A DNA stretch of 64,000 nucleotides from a virus. Its lineage: Duplodnaviria; Caudoviricetes. The DNA is taken from positions 1 to 64,000 of the IMG/VR virus record IMGVR_UViG_3300016672_000090; one strand, 5' to 3'. Numbering within the stretch: the stretch's first letter is position 1; each line of letters begins with the position of its first letter. Positions 38,237 through 48,408 of the stretch are shown one piece after another. Made by a program: the position numbers and the translations under genes. Under the pieces are notes generated by a model, which did not search any database, had not been told where the DNA came from, and was given only the letters and a program-made list of their open reading frames with translations.

Positions 38237-39421
38237 TTAGCGACCAAAGAAGCGCTTGATATCCGGGCGGTCGAGCGCGGTAAGCGTGGCCATGGAAACC
38301 TGTACTGGCAGATCCGTGAAATAGCCGTTGATGTCCTTCGGAGCATCGAGCGGGAAACTTACGCTTTCGATCACCATGGGCGACCATGTGCGGCCAGCGT
38401 AGGTAAACCCCAGCATTTTTGGGGCAAATGACGGAAACAGGGCCTTGATAAACGAATCCACATCTTTCGTGGTGCCTATCACCTCCGAAAGAATCCCATC
38501 CGCTGCTAGCTCTTGTGGAAACACCCACTCCAGCAAGCGCGTCAATGGAGCCTCCACCTCAGCCAGCGCATCGTTTACAGCCCGAAAATGCAGCGTGAAG
38601 TTCACCTTTACTGGCGGCATCCCCGAAAACACCTGGCGGCTGTTGAGCTTGGTGATACCTGTGCGCCCTTCAAGGTCACGCATGACGCTCTTGAGCTTGT
38701 CTGAGCCCGCATTGAGCGTATCGGCTATGACGCCATCCTTGAATGGGGAAATGGCCTGTAGCGCATTGAGAACCGGCACCAATGACCCAGACTGCAACAT
38801 GCCGGCCAGCGCTGGGGCCTTAGTCTCTGGTCCAGTGCTCTCAAAGGGTGATACCCAGTTTTGCTGGGATTCAAACGAGCCTTCTTTTATCGCCGCATAG
38901 ATCCCGACGAACTCATTTTTAAGATCGGCCACCCCTTTGGAGTTACAGACAAATAGGCGAGCCAACAGCAAGGGTGATAAGCGGCCCCACTCGCCGCCAA
39001 GGTCAGAGCTGAGCGTCTTGAGTCCTGGAATGTACTCACCCACGCCCCCCATGATGTTGCCAACTAACGCTTCGGGATCAGCGTTGGTGACGCCATCCAC
39101 TAGCCCCATCACTTTTTCAGAGACTTGGCCGACTACCTGGCCTACGGTCGTTTTACCCGCCCAAAGATCAGCCACCGTGCCGGATACGGTGCTGACTGCC
39201 CCTGTCAGCGCCTCGCGGTTAGCCGATCCACCCACAAAGCCGTCAAGCGTAGACACGCCAACCTTGTAGATGCCAGAAGCGGCGCCAGCGGCGCCGTTCT
39301 CTACGAATTTGGTGGCTGACCCTAGTAGCTTGTTTGAAGTACTCGCAGATACCGGGGCGGTAACGCCCTGGATGCTGGCAGATACGGTTTTACCCAAGCT
39401 ATCAACGCTAAAGTCAGCCAT
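38237..39421 (-). CDS. Baseplate/tube-initiator-like protein
   Basis: Low-complexity S/T/G/V N-terminus; C-terminal PMVIESVSFPLDAP...VQVSMATL. Confidence 0.55.
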   Translation of the reverse strand: MADFSVDSLGKTVSASIQGVTAPVSASTSNKLLGSATKFVENGAAGAASGIYKVGVSTLDGFVGGSANREALTGAVSTVSGTVADLWAGKTTVGQVVGQVSEKVMGLVDGVTNADPEALVGNIMGGVGEYIPGLKTLSSDLGGEWGRLSPLLLARLFVCNSKGVADLKNEFVGIYAAIKEGSFESQQNWVSPFESTGPETKAPALAGMLQSGSLVPVLNALQAISPFKDGVIADTLNAGSDKLKSVMRDLEGRTGITKLNSRQVFSGMPPVKVNFTLHFRAVNDALAEVEAPLTRLLEWVFPQELAADGILSEVIGTTKDVDSFIKALFPSFAPKMLGFTYAGRTWSPMVIESVSFPLDAPKDINGYFTDLPVQVSMATLTALDRPDIKRFFGR

Positions 39422-39424
39422 TTT

Positions 39425-40156
39425 TTACTTACCCAAAAGTCGGGTGCGCATGCGCATGGACTTGGCACGCTTCATTTTTGCGGCGCCAGAGAATGCGCGG
39501 CGCTGCATCTTGCGCACGGCACCCTTCTGCGCAGCAGTCAGGCGGACACGACCGCTGATGCGCTTCTTGATGCGAACCTTCTTGCCACCACGAATAGCGA
39601 CGACCTTTTTGTAAACGGCATCGAGCATTTCGTCGTCTTCGCCGCTGACGAACTTGTCAGCGTCATCGAGCATTGCGTCCTCGCCCTGCGGCAGCTTGTC
39701 CAGCAGCGCATCATGAATGCGAGCGGCCACGTCATTTTCAAACGATGGGTCATCGGCCAGCAACGAATCGATGTCGGCGGCGTCGATACCCTTGCCTTCC
39801 AGGTAATCGCCTACCTGCTCAGCCAGCATCGCCGCGTATTCCGCCTCATCGTCGGTCAAGTCGTCATCACCGTCGGAGGCGGTACCCACGATCAGTGCAT
39901 AAAGACGGTCGCCAAAGCCTTCGCTTTCTTCCAGTTCCGACTCAGCCCATTCCTGAACGATGCTCACGGCATCCTGGCGCATTTCTTCGGTATGCAGCAC
40001 AGGCGGGGCATTCTCAGGCTTTAGCGCGTCGAGCATGGACGCTGCAAGGTTCGACAGTTCCAGGTTTGGCACTTGGGCAGGTGGTGCTGGCACCGCCGCG
40101 TAGGCTTGGTTGATCGCAGCACCGTGAACAAGTACGCGTTGCAGTAGCATTTCCAT
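39425..40156 (-). CDS. Prohead core/internal head-like protein
   Basis: Very acidic middle and very basic C-terminus (RVRLTAAQKGAVRKMQRRA...KRAKSMRMR); MLD(A/D) repeats. Confidence 0.55.
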   Translation of the reverse strand: MEMLLQRVLVHGAAINQAYAAVPAPPAQVPNLELSNLAASMLDALKPENAPPVLHTEEMRQDAVSIVQEWAESELEESEGFGDRLYALIVGTASDGDDDLTDDEAEYAAMLAEQVGDYLEGKGIDAADIDSLLADDPSFENDVAARIHDALLDKLPQGEDAMLDDADKFVSGEDDEMLDAVYKKVVAIRGGKKVRIKKRISGRVRLTAAQKGAVRKMQRRAFSGAAKMKRAKSMRMRTRLLGK

Positions 40157-40166
40157 AGATTTCCCC

Positions 40167-41801
40167 TTATGGCCGCACGACAGACTGCTGATTAACGATG
40201 ATACGAGCCGTACCGTCGTAGCAGATTGACGTGTCGATGTTCATTTTTTCGAATGGCTGATTTTCATTCGCCTGGATGGTGGCCGAGTAGCAAGCCCCGC
40301 CGAGTTCGTCACTCGTTTGCAGCCAGTTCGCCGATTGCAGCGCCGGCAGGAAGCGCTCAAGAAACTTGGTAGTTTTCTCGATAGCCTTGGCCATAGGGTT
40401 CTGCAATGCTTCTTGAGCGACCGATGCAATGGTGTCGTCGACGTAGGTGGCCATTTCAACAACGGCGATCAACTTGGTAGCGCCTTCGGTGCGGGCGCCG
40501 GTCAAAGAATCGATCCAGGCATATTTGCCACCGCTGGCGTAATCCTTGAACAGCACCGGGTTGATGCGCGACACAGCCAATTCTTCCAGCTCGGTTTCTT
40601 CGTCCGGCTCGTAGGTCTGCACCATTTTGGTACGGTTAACGGCATAGTCACTGCCAGCGATCACGACGTTACGCGGGGCGATGCCCTTGGCGTTCATCTG
40701 GGCGTTTCGGGCACAGCGCAGACCGATGTTAAGGCCTGAGGTGCCAATGAAAGCGATGCCGCCAACCGCCGGGTTCGCGGCCTTGATTGGAGCCCAATAG
40801 CACTGGCTGTACATGCTGTCAGTGGCGCCACCTACAGAGTCGTAGAAGGTAATGGCAGCGGCTGGCGTGAAGCGACCCGCGATATCCCAAACCACTTGCT
40901 TGTTAATCAGCTTGCCAAGCTCCAGCAGGCGAGAAATAAGAGCCACGTTCTCGGTACCGCCACCGCCGATGTAAGTAAAGGTCGGCTTGGAGCGCTTGAT
41001 TCGATCAACCGCCGCGTCCATATCTTCGGTGGTGTACAGCGTCGCGCCTTCGGTGAAGGGGATAAGAGGCGCCGATGCATAGGCGTCTTTGTTGTCCTTC
41101 TTGCCGTAGAACACGCAAGTAATCGGTACCGAAGCATCGGCAGCGACATCGACCACTTCCAGCAGGTCGGTGTACTGCTCAACGATATCGCCGATGAAAA
41201 AGCTCTGACCAAACTCATCGAGCGCAGCCGGATCGAGCGAGCCCTTGTATGGGCCAAGTACGATTTCGTTGGTAGTTACGTCGCGCAATTGCAGCGTGAT
41301 GATTTTGGAAGCGGCAGGGGCGCCAGCTTCATCGGTGGCAGCGTCCGCGTGAATCTCAGCCTTAACGCCTTCCGAGAAACACTCCAGGTGCTTGATGGCG
41401 ATCAGGTAGCCGCCCGTGGCCCCCGTAGCTTCTTCAACCAGTGCCCAGCTCGGTGTTTCAGCCGAAACCGAGGCAGTAGCCACCATCAGCTTGTTGGTAG
41501 CGGAAGCACTTACCAGGCGGGATACGATGGCCTGCACCGCGCCGCTTTTCAGCGCTTCATAGACATGCACGTAGGGCTCACCCAGCGCGCTGACCGACAG
41601 AGACTGTGCGGCACCCAGAGTGCGCTTGATCTTGTTGCGCGATACGGCAAATGCCTTGTCGATACGACCACGAGCAAACCGGCCAGTAATGGCCATGTTA
41701 TGCGCGACGGTGCTGGTGCTCGGCATTTCCGACATGTCATTGAGGTAGTTGAGCTGTACGCCCGAACGCTTATCAATGGTGCGAGAAAAAGGCTGACCCA
41801 T
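40167..41801 (-). CDS. Contractile tail sheath protein (P1 gp22-like)
   Basis: 544 aa; G.FARG..DKAF, SRINPV, WIDSLT, YDG..R sheath motifs; position next to the capsid gene. Confidence 0.8.
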   Translation of the reverse strand: MGQPFSRTIDKRSGVQLNYLNDMSEMPSTSTVAHNMAITGRFARGRIDKAFAVSRNKIKRTLGAAQSLSVSALGEPYVHVYEALKSGAVQAIVSRLVSASATNKLMVATASVSAETPSWALVEEATGATGGYLIAIKHLECFSEGVKAEIHADAATDEAGAPAASKIITLQLRDVTTNEIVLGPYKGSLDPAALDEFGQSFFIGDIVEQYTDLLEVVDVAADASVPITCVFYGKKDNKDAYASAPLIPFTEGATLYTTEDMDAAVDRIKRSKPTFTYIGGGGTENVALISRLLELGKLINKQVVWDIAGRFTPAAAITFYDSVGGATDSMYSQCYWAPIKAANPAVGGIAFIGTSGLNIGLRCARNAQMNAKGIAPRNVVIAGSDYAVNRTKMVQTYEPDEETELEELAVSRINPVLFKDYASGGKYAWIDSLTGARTEGATKLIAVVEMATYVDDTIASVAQEALQNPMAKAIEKTTKFLERFLPALQSANWLQTSDELGGACYSATIQANENQPFEKMNIDTSICYDGTARIIVNQQSVVRP

Positions 41802-42200
41802 TTAGATTGCCTCCTTAGCGGCTGGCTTTGCGGCCTTGCCAGCGGCAGGCACTGGAGCTACTGCCGGGACTGTGGTTTCTTCCAGCGCTGGCGCCAAGGC
41901 CTCTACCGCTGGAACTTCTGCTGGCGTCAGCACGGCAAAGTCTTCGGCTTCATTGCCGGCATGGCGCGCCAGCTCAGCGAGGTCAGTTACCAACAGCCAG
42001 GCCTGGTCGAAGCTCTTAACCTTCACCTGGACCTTCACATTTGGTTCAATCGGGGTGTTGATGCCCGAGGACGGGACCACCAACGGTTTTTTGTTCTTGT
42101 GCGTCAACGACGCCCAGAACGGCAAGACCTGGCCTTCCACCAGCGCCTGAGCAAGAGGGCGCGGGGCACTGCCAGCTTTTTGATCAATTTTTACGGTCAT
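41802..42200 (-). CDS. Virion-region protein
   Basis: Coupled ORF between capsid and sheath. Confidence 0.55.
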   Translation of the reverse strand: MTVKIDQKAGSAPRPLAQALVEGQVLPFWASLTHKNKKPLVVPSSGINTPIEPNVKVQVKVKSFDQAWLLVTDLAELARHAGNEAEDFAVLTPAEVPAVEALAPALEETTVPAVAPVPAAGKAAKPAAKEAI

Positions 42201-42921
42201 ATTTCACCTGCAAACCTTTGAGGTTGTCCCACTTGTGCGCCCTTGCACTGCTGGTCAGCGCTTTGGCGAGTTTGGCGAACTGATCCGCTGTAACCTCGAC
42301 CTCGGCCTTGGCGTAGGGGTCCAAGAAAATCTGGGCGCCAGCTACCGGGATGCGGCTTCGGGTGTGGTTTTCGAGAACAATCGTTGCCGGGAACTCGCTA
42401 ATTTCAGGAAGCGCCCACACGGTCAAAGTTACGGCACAGTCAGCGGCTTTTTCGGCGCCGGTTTGCGCGGTTTCCAGGCTCTCAGTACGGGCTTGGTCGT
42501 AGGCATGGGCCTCGCCTTCAAGAAAAGCCATTTGCTCAGCCAGAAGGTTGGCAGCTTCGGTGCGCCTGGCGTCCTCAGCCAAGGCTTCTTCCTCAAGCAG
42601 GGTCATTTTCAGCGCCAGCAACCGCGCAGCTTCGGTACGCTCGGCGTCCTCAACTCGTGCTTCGCCTTCCAGAAGGGCCATTTCTCGTAGCGCTTTATCC
42701 TCTGCGCTTTCGTCTTCACTTCCAGCGCTATCGGGTGCATTACCAGCGGGCGCACCAACGCCCGGTGAGGTCGCGGATTGCTCCACGCCTCCCGGAGTTG
42801 TGGGGGCCGCTGCGGATTTAGCGGCAGCAGGCTTTTTGCCCGCTGCTGGAGTGCTTTTCGCAGCCATGACAGCCCCCTTTAGCCCAGTGCGTACACGTTT
42901 TTGATGGTGATCAGCGCGCAA
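42184..42921 (-). CDS. Virion-region protein, Ala/Glu-rich with internal repeat
   Basis: Repeats of LLEGEA/LLEEEA/FLEGEA; its C-terminal domain resembles the neighbouring ORF. Confidence 0.55.
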   Translation of the reverse strand: MRADHHQKRVRTGLKGAVMAAKSTPAAGKKPAAAKSAAAPTTPGGVEQSATSPGVGAPAGNAPDSAGSEDESAEDKALREMALLEGEARVEDAERTEAARLLALKMTLLEEEALAEDARRTEAANLLAEQMAFLEGEAHAYDQARTESLETAQTGAEKAADCAVTLTVWALPEISEFPATIVLENHTRSRIPVAGAQIFLDPYAKAEVEVTADQFAKLAKALTSSARAHKWDNLKGLQVKYDRKN

Positions 42922-44561
42922 CCCATTGCGGATTGCATGTGCGGGTTCACTTCGGTCAGCTGGCGGGAGAACAGCGCCGCGCCGGTTTTCAGATCCGAGT
43001 TCACCGCCAGCGGGATCAAGGTCGGGGATACCGCGTCAGAGAAGACAATCGGGTTACGCGCAACCTGAGGGGAACGACCGACACACAGGATTTCGATATC
43101 TACGTCGGTTTCTTGAACGACATACGGGGTGTAGATAACGTCGTACTTGTTCTTGTAGCGGCCCACACGCCAGATACCAGCCTTTGCATCCACACCCGAC
43201 GCAACAAAGTCAGTGCTATCCATGGAAAGGAACTGAGACATACCGTGAGCGCCCACGTACATGAAGCTCAAACCGAATTCCATGGTCTGGTTGGCCACTT
43301 CCTGGTCAACAGCAGCAACGAACGAGCCGAAGTCGCGCCAGCCTTGAGCACGGGTTTTCTGCAACAGCTGCTCGGCGGCGTTGAAGTCGTATTCGCGATT
43401 GGTGTTCTTGGCCAGCTTGCGAATTTTTTTCAGCGCGGAGATATAGCGCTCATTCGCCATCTGAGTGCGCGCGGCCTGGACAGCGATGGTCAGGCGATCC
43501 GCACCCAATTCAGACTGAGCGGAACTGCGCGAATCAGGGGTAGCCTGCATGATCACGCGGCTAGGCGCGCAGTACAGGGAAAAGCTCTGCGCGACGGTAC
43601 CGATGTTCGGCGCCAGTTCAGGCTTGCGCTCGAAGTCGATAAAGCCTTGTGCTTCCACGTCGACATCAGCGGCCAGGGCCGGGTTGAACGTCAGGGTACC
43701 GACGCCGGTATCCACGTTAACGCTACCGTTAATAACGTGGTTCTGAGTACCGACCTTCACTTGACCGGAAATCAACGAGGTGACTGTGCCGGAGTTATTG
43801 GCCTGCTCGAAAGCAACCGGGAAGCCGTTAACGACAATCGATGTACGGTTGCGGATCAGCGGGACAGTGCCGCCGCCAGCGATGCCAGCAGTAACCGCGA
43901 AGGTGCCACCAGTACGAGCAACGTCAACGGTAACGGGCACAACTCGTTCGGAGCGAGTGTATTCACGACCGCCAGCAGTACCGTCGATGATATCGCCAGC
44001 GTTGTATGCGCCGAATGTAGAACCCGTGATCGAGGTAATGATTGCCAGCTTCGACTCGTTAGAGCTGAGGTCAGATGGCAGATACGCGCCGAACGGAATT
44101 GCTTCGCTCAGACCACCGGTGATTGCCACAGCAATACGGTTCGGCTGGTGCGACAGGGTTGCCGATGCGTTGTTGGTACTGATGCTGTCCAGGGTAGTGC
44201 CATGCGGCAGAACGTGGGCGCTCTTACCGTCAGCAACGTTTTCAGCCTGAGAGAGGACTGCATCGATCAAGTCAGCGGACGGCGAAAAGCCATGCTTGCG
44301 TTGGAAAGTCGCGATACCGTCCAGCATCGAAGTGATAGCCAGGGCGCGGTTATCGTCACCATCGATTTTGTCCAGCAGGCGAGCAGCTCGCGCCGGCAGC
44401 AGGGTACCAGCGTTGGCCACGGCGTTTTTCACCACGTCCTGAGCCGATGCGCTCATGCTATCGAGCATATTGCCATTGCCACGCGCGGCGCTTACCAGCG
44501 TACCAACCTTGGCAGCAACCTCACCCAAACCGGAATCGGGCGCGTAAATATTCTTCGGCAT
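42879..44561 (-). CDS. Major capsid protein, P1 gp23-like
   Basis: FGAYNAGDIID, VPLIRNRTSIVVNG, PELAP match P1 gp23 (FGSYAAGDVLD, VPIRKGRTNIYVNR, PELIP); ATG 44561 with SD gaggt. Confidence 0.88.
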   Translation of the reverse strand: MPKNIYAPDSGLGEVAAKVGTLVSAARGNGNMLDSMSASAQDVVKNAVANAGTLLPARAARLLDKIDGDDNRALAITSMLDGIATFQRKHGFSPSADLIDAVLSQAENVADGKSAHVLPHGTTLDSISTNNASATLSHQPNRIAVAITGGLSEAIPFGAYLPSDLSSNESKLAIITSITGSTFGAYNAGDIIDGTAGGREYTRSERVVPVTVDVARTGGTFAVTAGIAGGGTVPLIRNRTSIVVNGFPVAFEQANNSGTVTSLISGQVKVGTQNHVINGSVNVDTGVGTLTFNPALAADVDVEAQGFIDFERKPELAPNIGTVAQSFSLYCAPSRVIMQATPDSRSSAQSELGADRLTIAVQAARTQMANERYISALKKIRKLAKNTNREYDFNAAEQLLQKTRAQGWRDFGSFVAAVDQEVANQTMEFGLSFMYVGAHGMSQFLSMDSTDFVASGVDAKAGIWRVGRYKNKYDVIYTPYVVQETDVDIEILCVGRSPQVARNPIVFSDAVSPTLIPLAVNSDLKTGAALFSRQLTEVNPHMQSAMGCALITIKNVYALG

Positions 44562-44614
44562 GTGTAACCTCATTTCTGATAATTGCGGGCTGCGCCCGAG
44601 TCGTTTCAGAAATG

Positions 44615-44655
44615 ATGGTAAGAGCGAAAAACCCCCGTTTTTGGCGGGGGTTTGC
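44615..44655 (-). promoter_or_regulatory. Late promoter motif (capsid operon)
   Basis: GCAAACC-N28-TACCAT. Confidence 0.78.
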
Positions 44656-44677
44656 ACGGTTTTCGCTGATTTTTAGG

Positions 44678-47600
44678 CTACTTCTTGATGATGATCATCC
44701 GGGCATTTGCCCCGGTTTGAGCCAAAAGGTCTTTATCCTTGAAAGTTCCGCCTTCCAGCTTCTCAATCGTGGCTTTGTGAGTGTCCAGCCACGCCCGGAA
44801 CGCAACGGCCTTCTGGTCGGTACCGAAGAAAACACCCTCCCCGGCAATCGCCACCAGACGCCCACCACTGGCGAGCATTCCGAATGCCCGCATGATGTGG
44901 CTCGCGTCTTTGCGCGCGGAAAATGGAGGATTCATCAGAATGGCCTGATACGGTTGTTCGGGTGTGAAACCTTCAAAATCGTGGTCTACGACGGTGTACC
45001 CCTTGGCCGTCAATATGTCCCTTAATTGGCTGGAAATTTCGATAACGTCCACCTCACCACCGGCAGACTTTGCGGCGTCCGCTAGATTCCCGTTGCCGGC
45101 GCTGGGCTCAAGTACTCGTGTGCCTTTGGTGATGCCTGCCAGGCTCGCCATGCGGTGCGCCACGTTCAAAGGCGTTGGGAAAAAGTCGATCCCAACCTTC
45201 TGGCCAATAATTGCCCGCTCAGCTTTTTTGACTGCGCTCTCTTCGGTCTTTGCGACCATCATGGGCAACAGCTCGCGAGCGGCTTCACGCAAGGTTGAGG
45301 CGTCTGTGATCCCCATCCGGGATAGTCGCTCCAGACGGGCTATGCTCTCCATAGGGTCTTGAAGCACATGGGAATCCCTAGTCCCCTTGAGCAAGGCGCT
45401 TGCCCGGCGGGTAATAGCAGCATCCTCTGTGTTCATCGTGAACTGTTCAGCCCTGGCCCCCATTTTGTTAAGAGCGGCCATAAGGCGCATGTTTCCGTCA
45501 GGGCTGTGCTTTCCAATGGCCTTGGCAGCATCACGAAAGCGACTGGCCCACGTCACTTGGCTGGGCATGGTGATGTTTTTGAGGTCGTTGTCATCGAACG
45601 GACGGCCTTTGCGCTTTAACTGATCGCTATAGCTCAGGCGCCTATCCGTTTCGTACTGAGCCAGGCGCAGGGCTCTTTGCAACTCTTCCAGTTGCGCCCG
45701 ACTGCTGAGCTTGGTCAGTAGTCCGCCGGCGCCGACTTCGATGGCATCGGCGATGTTATTGAGGGTCTGACCGTCTGCCTTGTTGGCGGATGCCTTGGCA
45801 ATAGCGCTCGCGGCCATACCGGCACGCCTGGCGGTGTTTGTGGTGCGATCCTGACTCATGCCAGCATCGCCACTCTCAACGGCCTTGTTCGCTACTGTGC
45901 GCAGCTTCTCGACCTGACTACCCAGCGCTTTTTGGCGGCGCTCTTCGGCCAGACGCTCAGCATTGGCTGCCTTTTCGACTTCCTGCTCAGGAGAAAGCAC
46001 CACCGGCGCCGGCGCGGCCTGAATATGCGCCGTGGCGCCGTCCAGGTGTTCCTCACGAATGAAGTAACCGCCATTCATGCGCCAGGTGTAGGCGTCAATG
46101 GCTTTAGCTTCGGCAAAAGCCAAATCAGTGCGGACGATCCCGCGCAACACCTTGCCGCGCTTGGTGGTGTACTCAATGATTTCGTGCTGTGCGGCAGGCG
46201 GTTCAGGATCTTGGTCAGCATCCGTCGGAACGATCTTTTCCCCGTTCAAGATCCAGCGGCGCCCGGCGTTGTATTCGCGGGCATGCGCTCTCACCGTCGC
46301 AGGCCCGGTTTTTCCGTAGGCGTGAACAATGGCAGCGCGCTTGCTATCGTCCATCACCATCAAACCGTCTTGCAGTACCAGGAACTCGCGACGGGAGCCG
46401 TAAACCGGTATGGCGCCAACTTCGGGTGGTTCAGCTAGGACGTTCGGACTGATGAACTGCGTCCCGGTGCCCGTGATGGCGGGCTTGGAGGCTGGCGGCT
46501 CAACTGGTACCGGCTCAGCTTCTTGGCGGGCCTTGATATAGATTCCCAGCTCCAGGCGGTGCTGGCCCATCTGGCGGGCGCCTTCGTTAGCCACAGCGGG
46601 ACCAGTGCGCCGGCCGCCACCATTCATTTCGCGGTCGCTTTGCGAACTGCGGATTTCCCCGCCCATGCCCTCATAGACCGCTTCCAATTCGGCCACGGAC
46701 TTGTCACCGTACTGACGGGCCATGCGCGCCATGATGTCGGCGTCTGACTCTGCCCCCGCTTTCACCCGCTCAATCAAATAATCGCGGTTCTGCTTGAGCG
46801 CCTGAATGGCCTGCGGGCGGTCATAGGTGCCTTTCTCCAGGCGGCGGGCGATGTCTTTGGTGGCATGGCTGAGGCCGCGATAGAAGTCCTTGGCTACAGC
46901 CAGCAACTTGGCCTGTAGCTGCTCATCATTCGCACCTTCAATCGTTGAGTCTGGTGTTTCAGCGGTAATTACCAGTGGCTCGACGTTTTTTGGCTCCGCT
47001 GGCGCCCTGGCTGCCTTCACCCGCTCAGATAGATACTCGTCCGCCCACTGGCGCACGTAGGCAACGTATTCGTCTTTGTTGGCCGATACAGGGGCTTTGG
47101 TGAGGCGCGTAAACTCGCCAGCCCGAATTCCAGCCCAACCCAAGAACCCGGCATTGCTACCGCTGGTTGGCAGTTCTTCCAGGGTGTCCAGGTAGGCTTG
47201 ATAAATTGGGTTTTCAGACGTGCCGGCGCCGATAGTCTTTTCAAATTCCTCGCGCTTTAGATGATCCTGCAAGGCGAGCACCCGCGCCAACTCTTCGGCC
47301 TGCACCTTGGCCAGCGCCTCAGCCGCCTCCTTTTCCCGCAGTGGGGCAGCAGCCTTATCGATATCGGCGGCTTCGTTGTCTGCCTTGCGTTGCGCAATGG
47401 CTGCTTGCTCTTCCTGATACGCCTCGATGTCAGCAGGCGTCGCATCCTCACCAAAAACGGCGCGGAATTTCTCGGGGCCCCATTCTTGCGCCATCAGGCT
47501 TTTCAGCTCTGGCAGATCGCGAGCAATCCCCGAGATATCGCCCTTGAACGCTACAGACACACCGTCGGGATCTGCATAGGTGTAGAGCACAGCGCCAGAC

Positions 47601-48154
47601 GATAGGATTTCTTGCGTGGTAGGCAGTACCTGAGCTGCCCGCGCCTGAGCCTTAGTGAATAGAAGCCCGGCGGGCGTCATCGTGTACTTGGCCTGATCCA
47701 GGTAGGCCGTAACATAGGCCGCCAGCGCAAGCGAGTTGCCGGTAACGAGAACCCCGCCGTTTTTCTGGGCAACTTTCCCCGTAACCATCTGGCGCAAGAG
47801 ATTGGCGGGCGATGCTTGCCGGCGGCGCTGTGGTCGGCGAATAGGTCCACCCAGCAGGCCGCGCAGCTCTAAACCTCGGGCACTGGCGCGAACCTGCTCA
47901 ATAGGGCTGAGCTTTCCGGCTTCCAGGTTGGCGCGCACAGTCAGAAGCTCGGCGCTAAAGCGCATTACCTCTAAAGCGTTATAGAGCTTTGGCGTTGTTT
48001 CTTGGATGGCATCCAGCAGCGCGGCATGCAGATCGATTGATTCGACCGTGGCACGTGCCTGCTCGATAGGATTAAGGCTGCCCGATAATAGCGGCGCATG
48101 TAGCTGTAACAGCTTGGCGGCGCTCCGGGCTTGTTCGATAGCATGGGAGGGCAT
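44678..48154 (-). CDS. Large polyvalent protein with C-terminal N6-adenine DNA methyltransferase (DarB-like)
   Basis: DFFPTP, VLEPSAG.G, NPPF, GGRLVAI MTase motifs; repeated PIEQ(A/V)RA helices at the N-terminus; no helicase motifs seen. Confidence 0.85.
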   Translation of the reverse strand: MPSHAIEQARSAAKLLQLHAPLLSGSLNPIEQARATVESIDLHAALLDAIQETTPKLYNALEVMRFSAELLTVRANLEAGKLSPIEQVRASARGLELRGLLGGPIRRPQRRRQASPANLLRQMVTGKVAQKNGGVLVTGNSLALAAYVTAYLDQAKYTMTPAGLLFTKAQARAAQVLPTTQEILSSGAVLYTYADPDGVSVAFKGDISGIARDLPELKSLMAQEWGPEKFRAVFGEDATPADIEAYQEEQAAIAQRKADNEAADIDKAAAPLREKEAAEALAKVQAEELARVLALQDHLKREEFEKTIGAGTSENPIYQAYLDTLEELPTSGSNAGFLGWAGIRAGEFTRLTKAPVSANKDEYVAYVRQWADEYLSERVKAARAPAEPKNVEPLVITAETPDSTIEGANDEQLQAKLLAVAKDFYRGLSHATKDIARRLEKGTYDRPQAIQALKQNRDYLIERVKAGAESDADIMARMARQYGDKSVAELEAVYEGMGGEIRSSQSDREMNGGGRRTGPAVANEGARQMGQHRLELGIYIKARQEAEPVPVEPPASKPAITGTGTQFISPNVLAEPPEVGAIPVYGSRREFLVLQDGLMVMDDSKRAAIVHAYGKTGPATVRAHAREYNAGRRWILNGEKIVPTDADQDPEPPAAQHEIIEYTTKRGKVLRGIVRTDLAFAEAKAIDAYTWRMNGGYFIREEHLDGATAHIQAAPAPVVLSPEQEVEKAANAERLAEERRQKALGSQVEKLRTVANKAVESGDAGMSQDRTTNTARRAGMAASAIAKASANKADGQTLNNIADAIEVGAGGLLTKLSSRAQLEELQRALRLAQYETDRRLSYSDQLKRKGRPFDDNDLKNITMPSQVTWASRFRDAAKAIGKHSPDGNMRLMAALNKMGARAEQFTMNTEDAAITRRASALLKGTRDSHVLQDPMESIARLERLSRMGITDASTLREAARELLPMMVAKTEESAVKKAERAIIGQKVGIDFFPTPLNVAHRMASLAGITKGTRVLEPSAGNGNLADAAKSAGGEVDVIEISSQLRDILTAKGYTVVDHDFEGFTPEQPYQAILMNPPFSARKDASHIMRAFGMLASGGRLVAIAGEGVFFGTDQKAVAFRAWLDTHKATIEKLEGGTFKDKDLLAQTGANARMIIIKK

Positions 48155-48188
48155 AAATACGGGCCTACATAGTGGTATGCAAGCCCAT

Positions 48189-48229
48189 ATTTTGAGGCGC
48201 GGTAATTACCCTGGTCGGGGGCAGTTTGC
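48189..48229 (-). promoter_or_regulatory. Late promoter motif (MTase)
   Basis: GCAAACT-N28-CAAAAT. Confidence 0.72.
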
Positions 48230-48408
48230 GCCATAGCTGTAGACAATGGTCGTCATGCAACCCATCCAAAACTGATGTGACTAATGATCCAAATCAGACC
48301 CTCGATCACAGCCCAGCCACTAACGGCGCAGATCACGCAGATCATAATGAAGGCGCCTTGCATATCAGATATCGGGCCCATGGCTCTTATCCTCGTCAGT
48401 GTCGCGGA

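Noticed and set aside
40896-44567. Long plus-strand ORFs (441 aa and 544 aa)
   Set aside because: Antisense shadows of the sheath and capsid genes in GC-rich DNA, with no recognisable motifs
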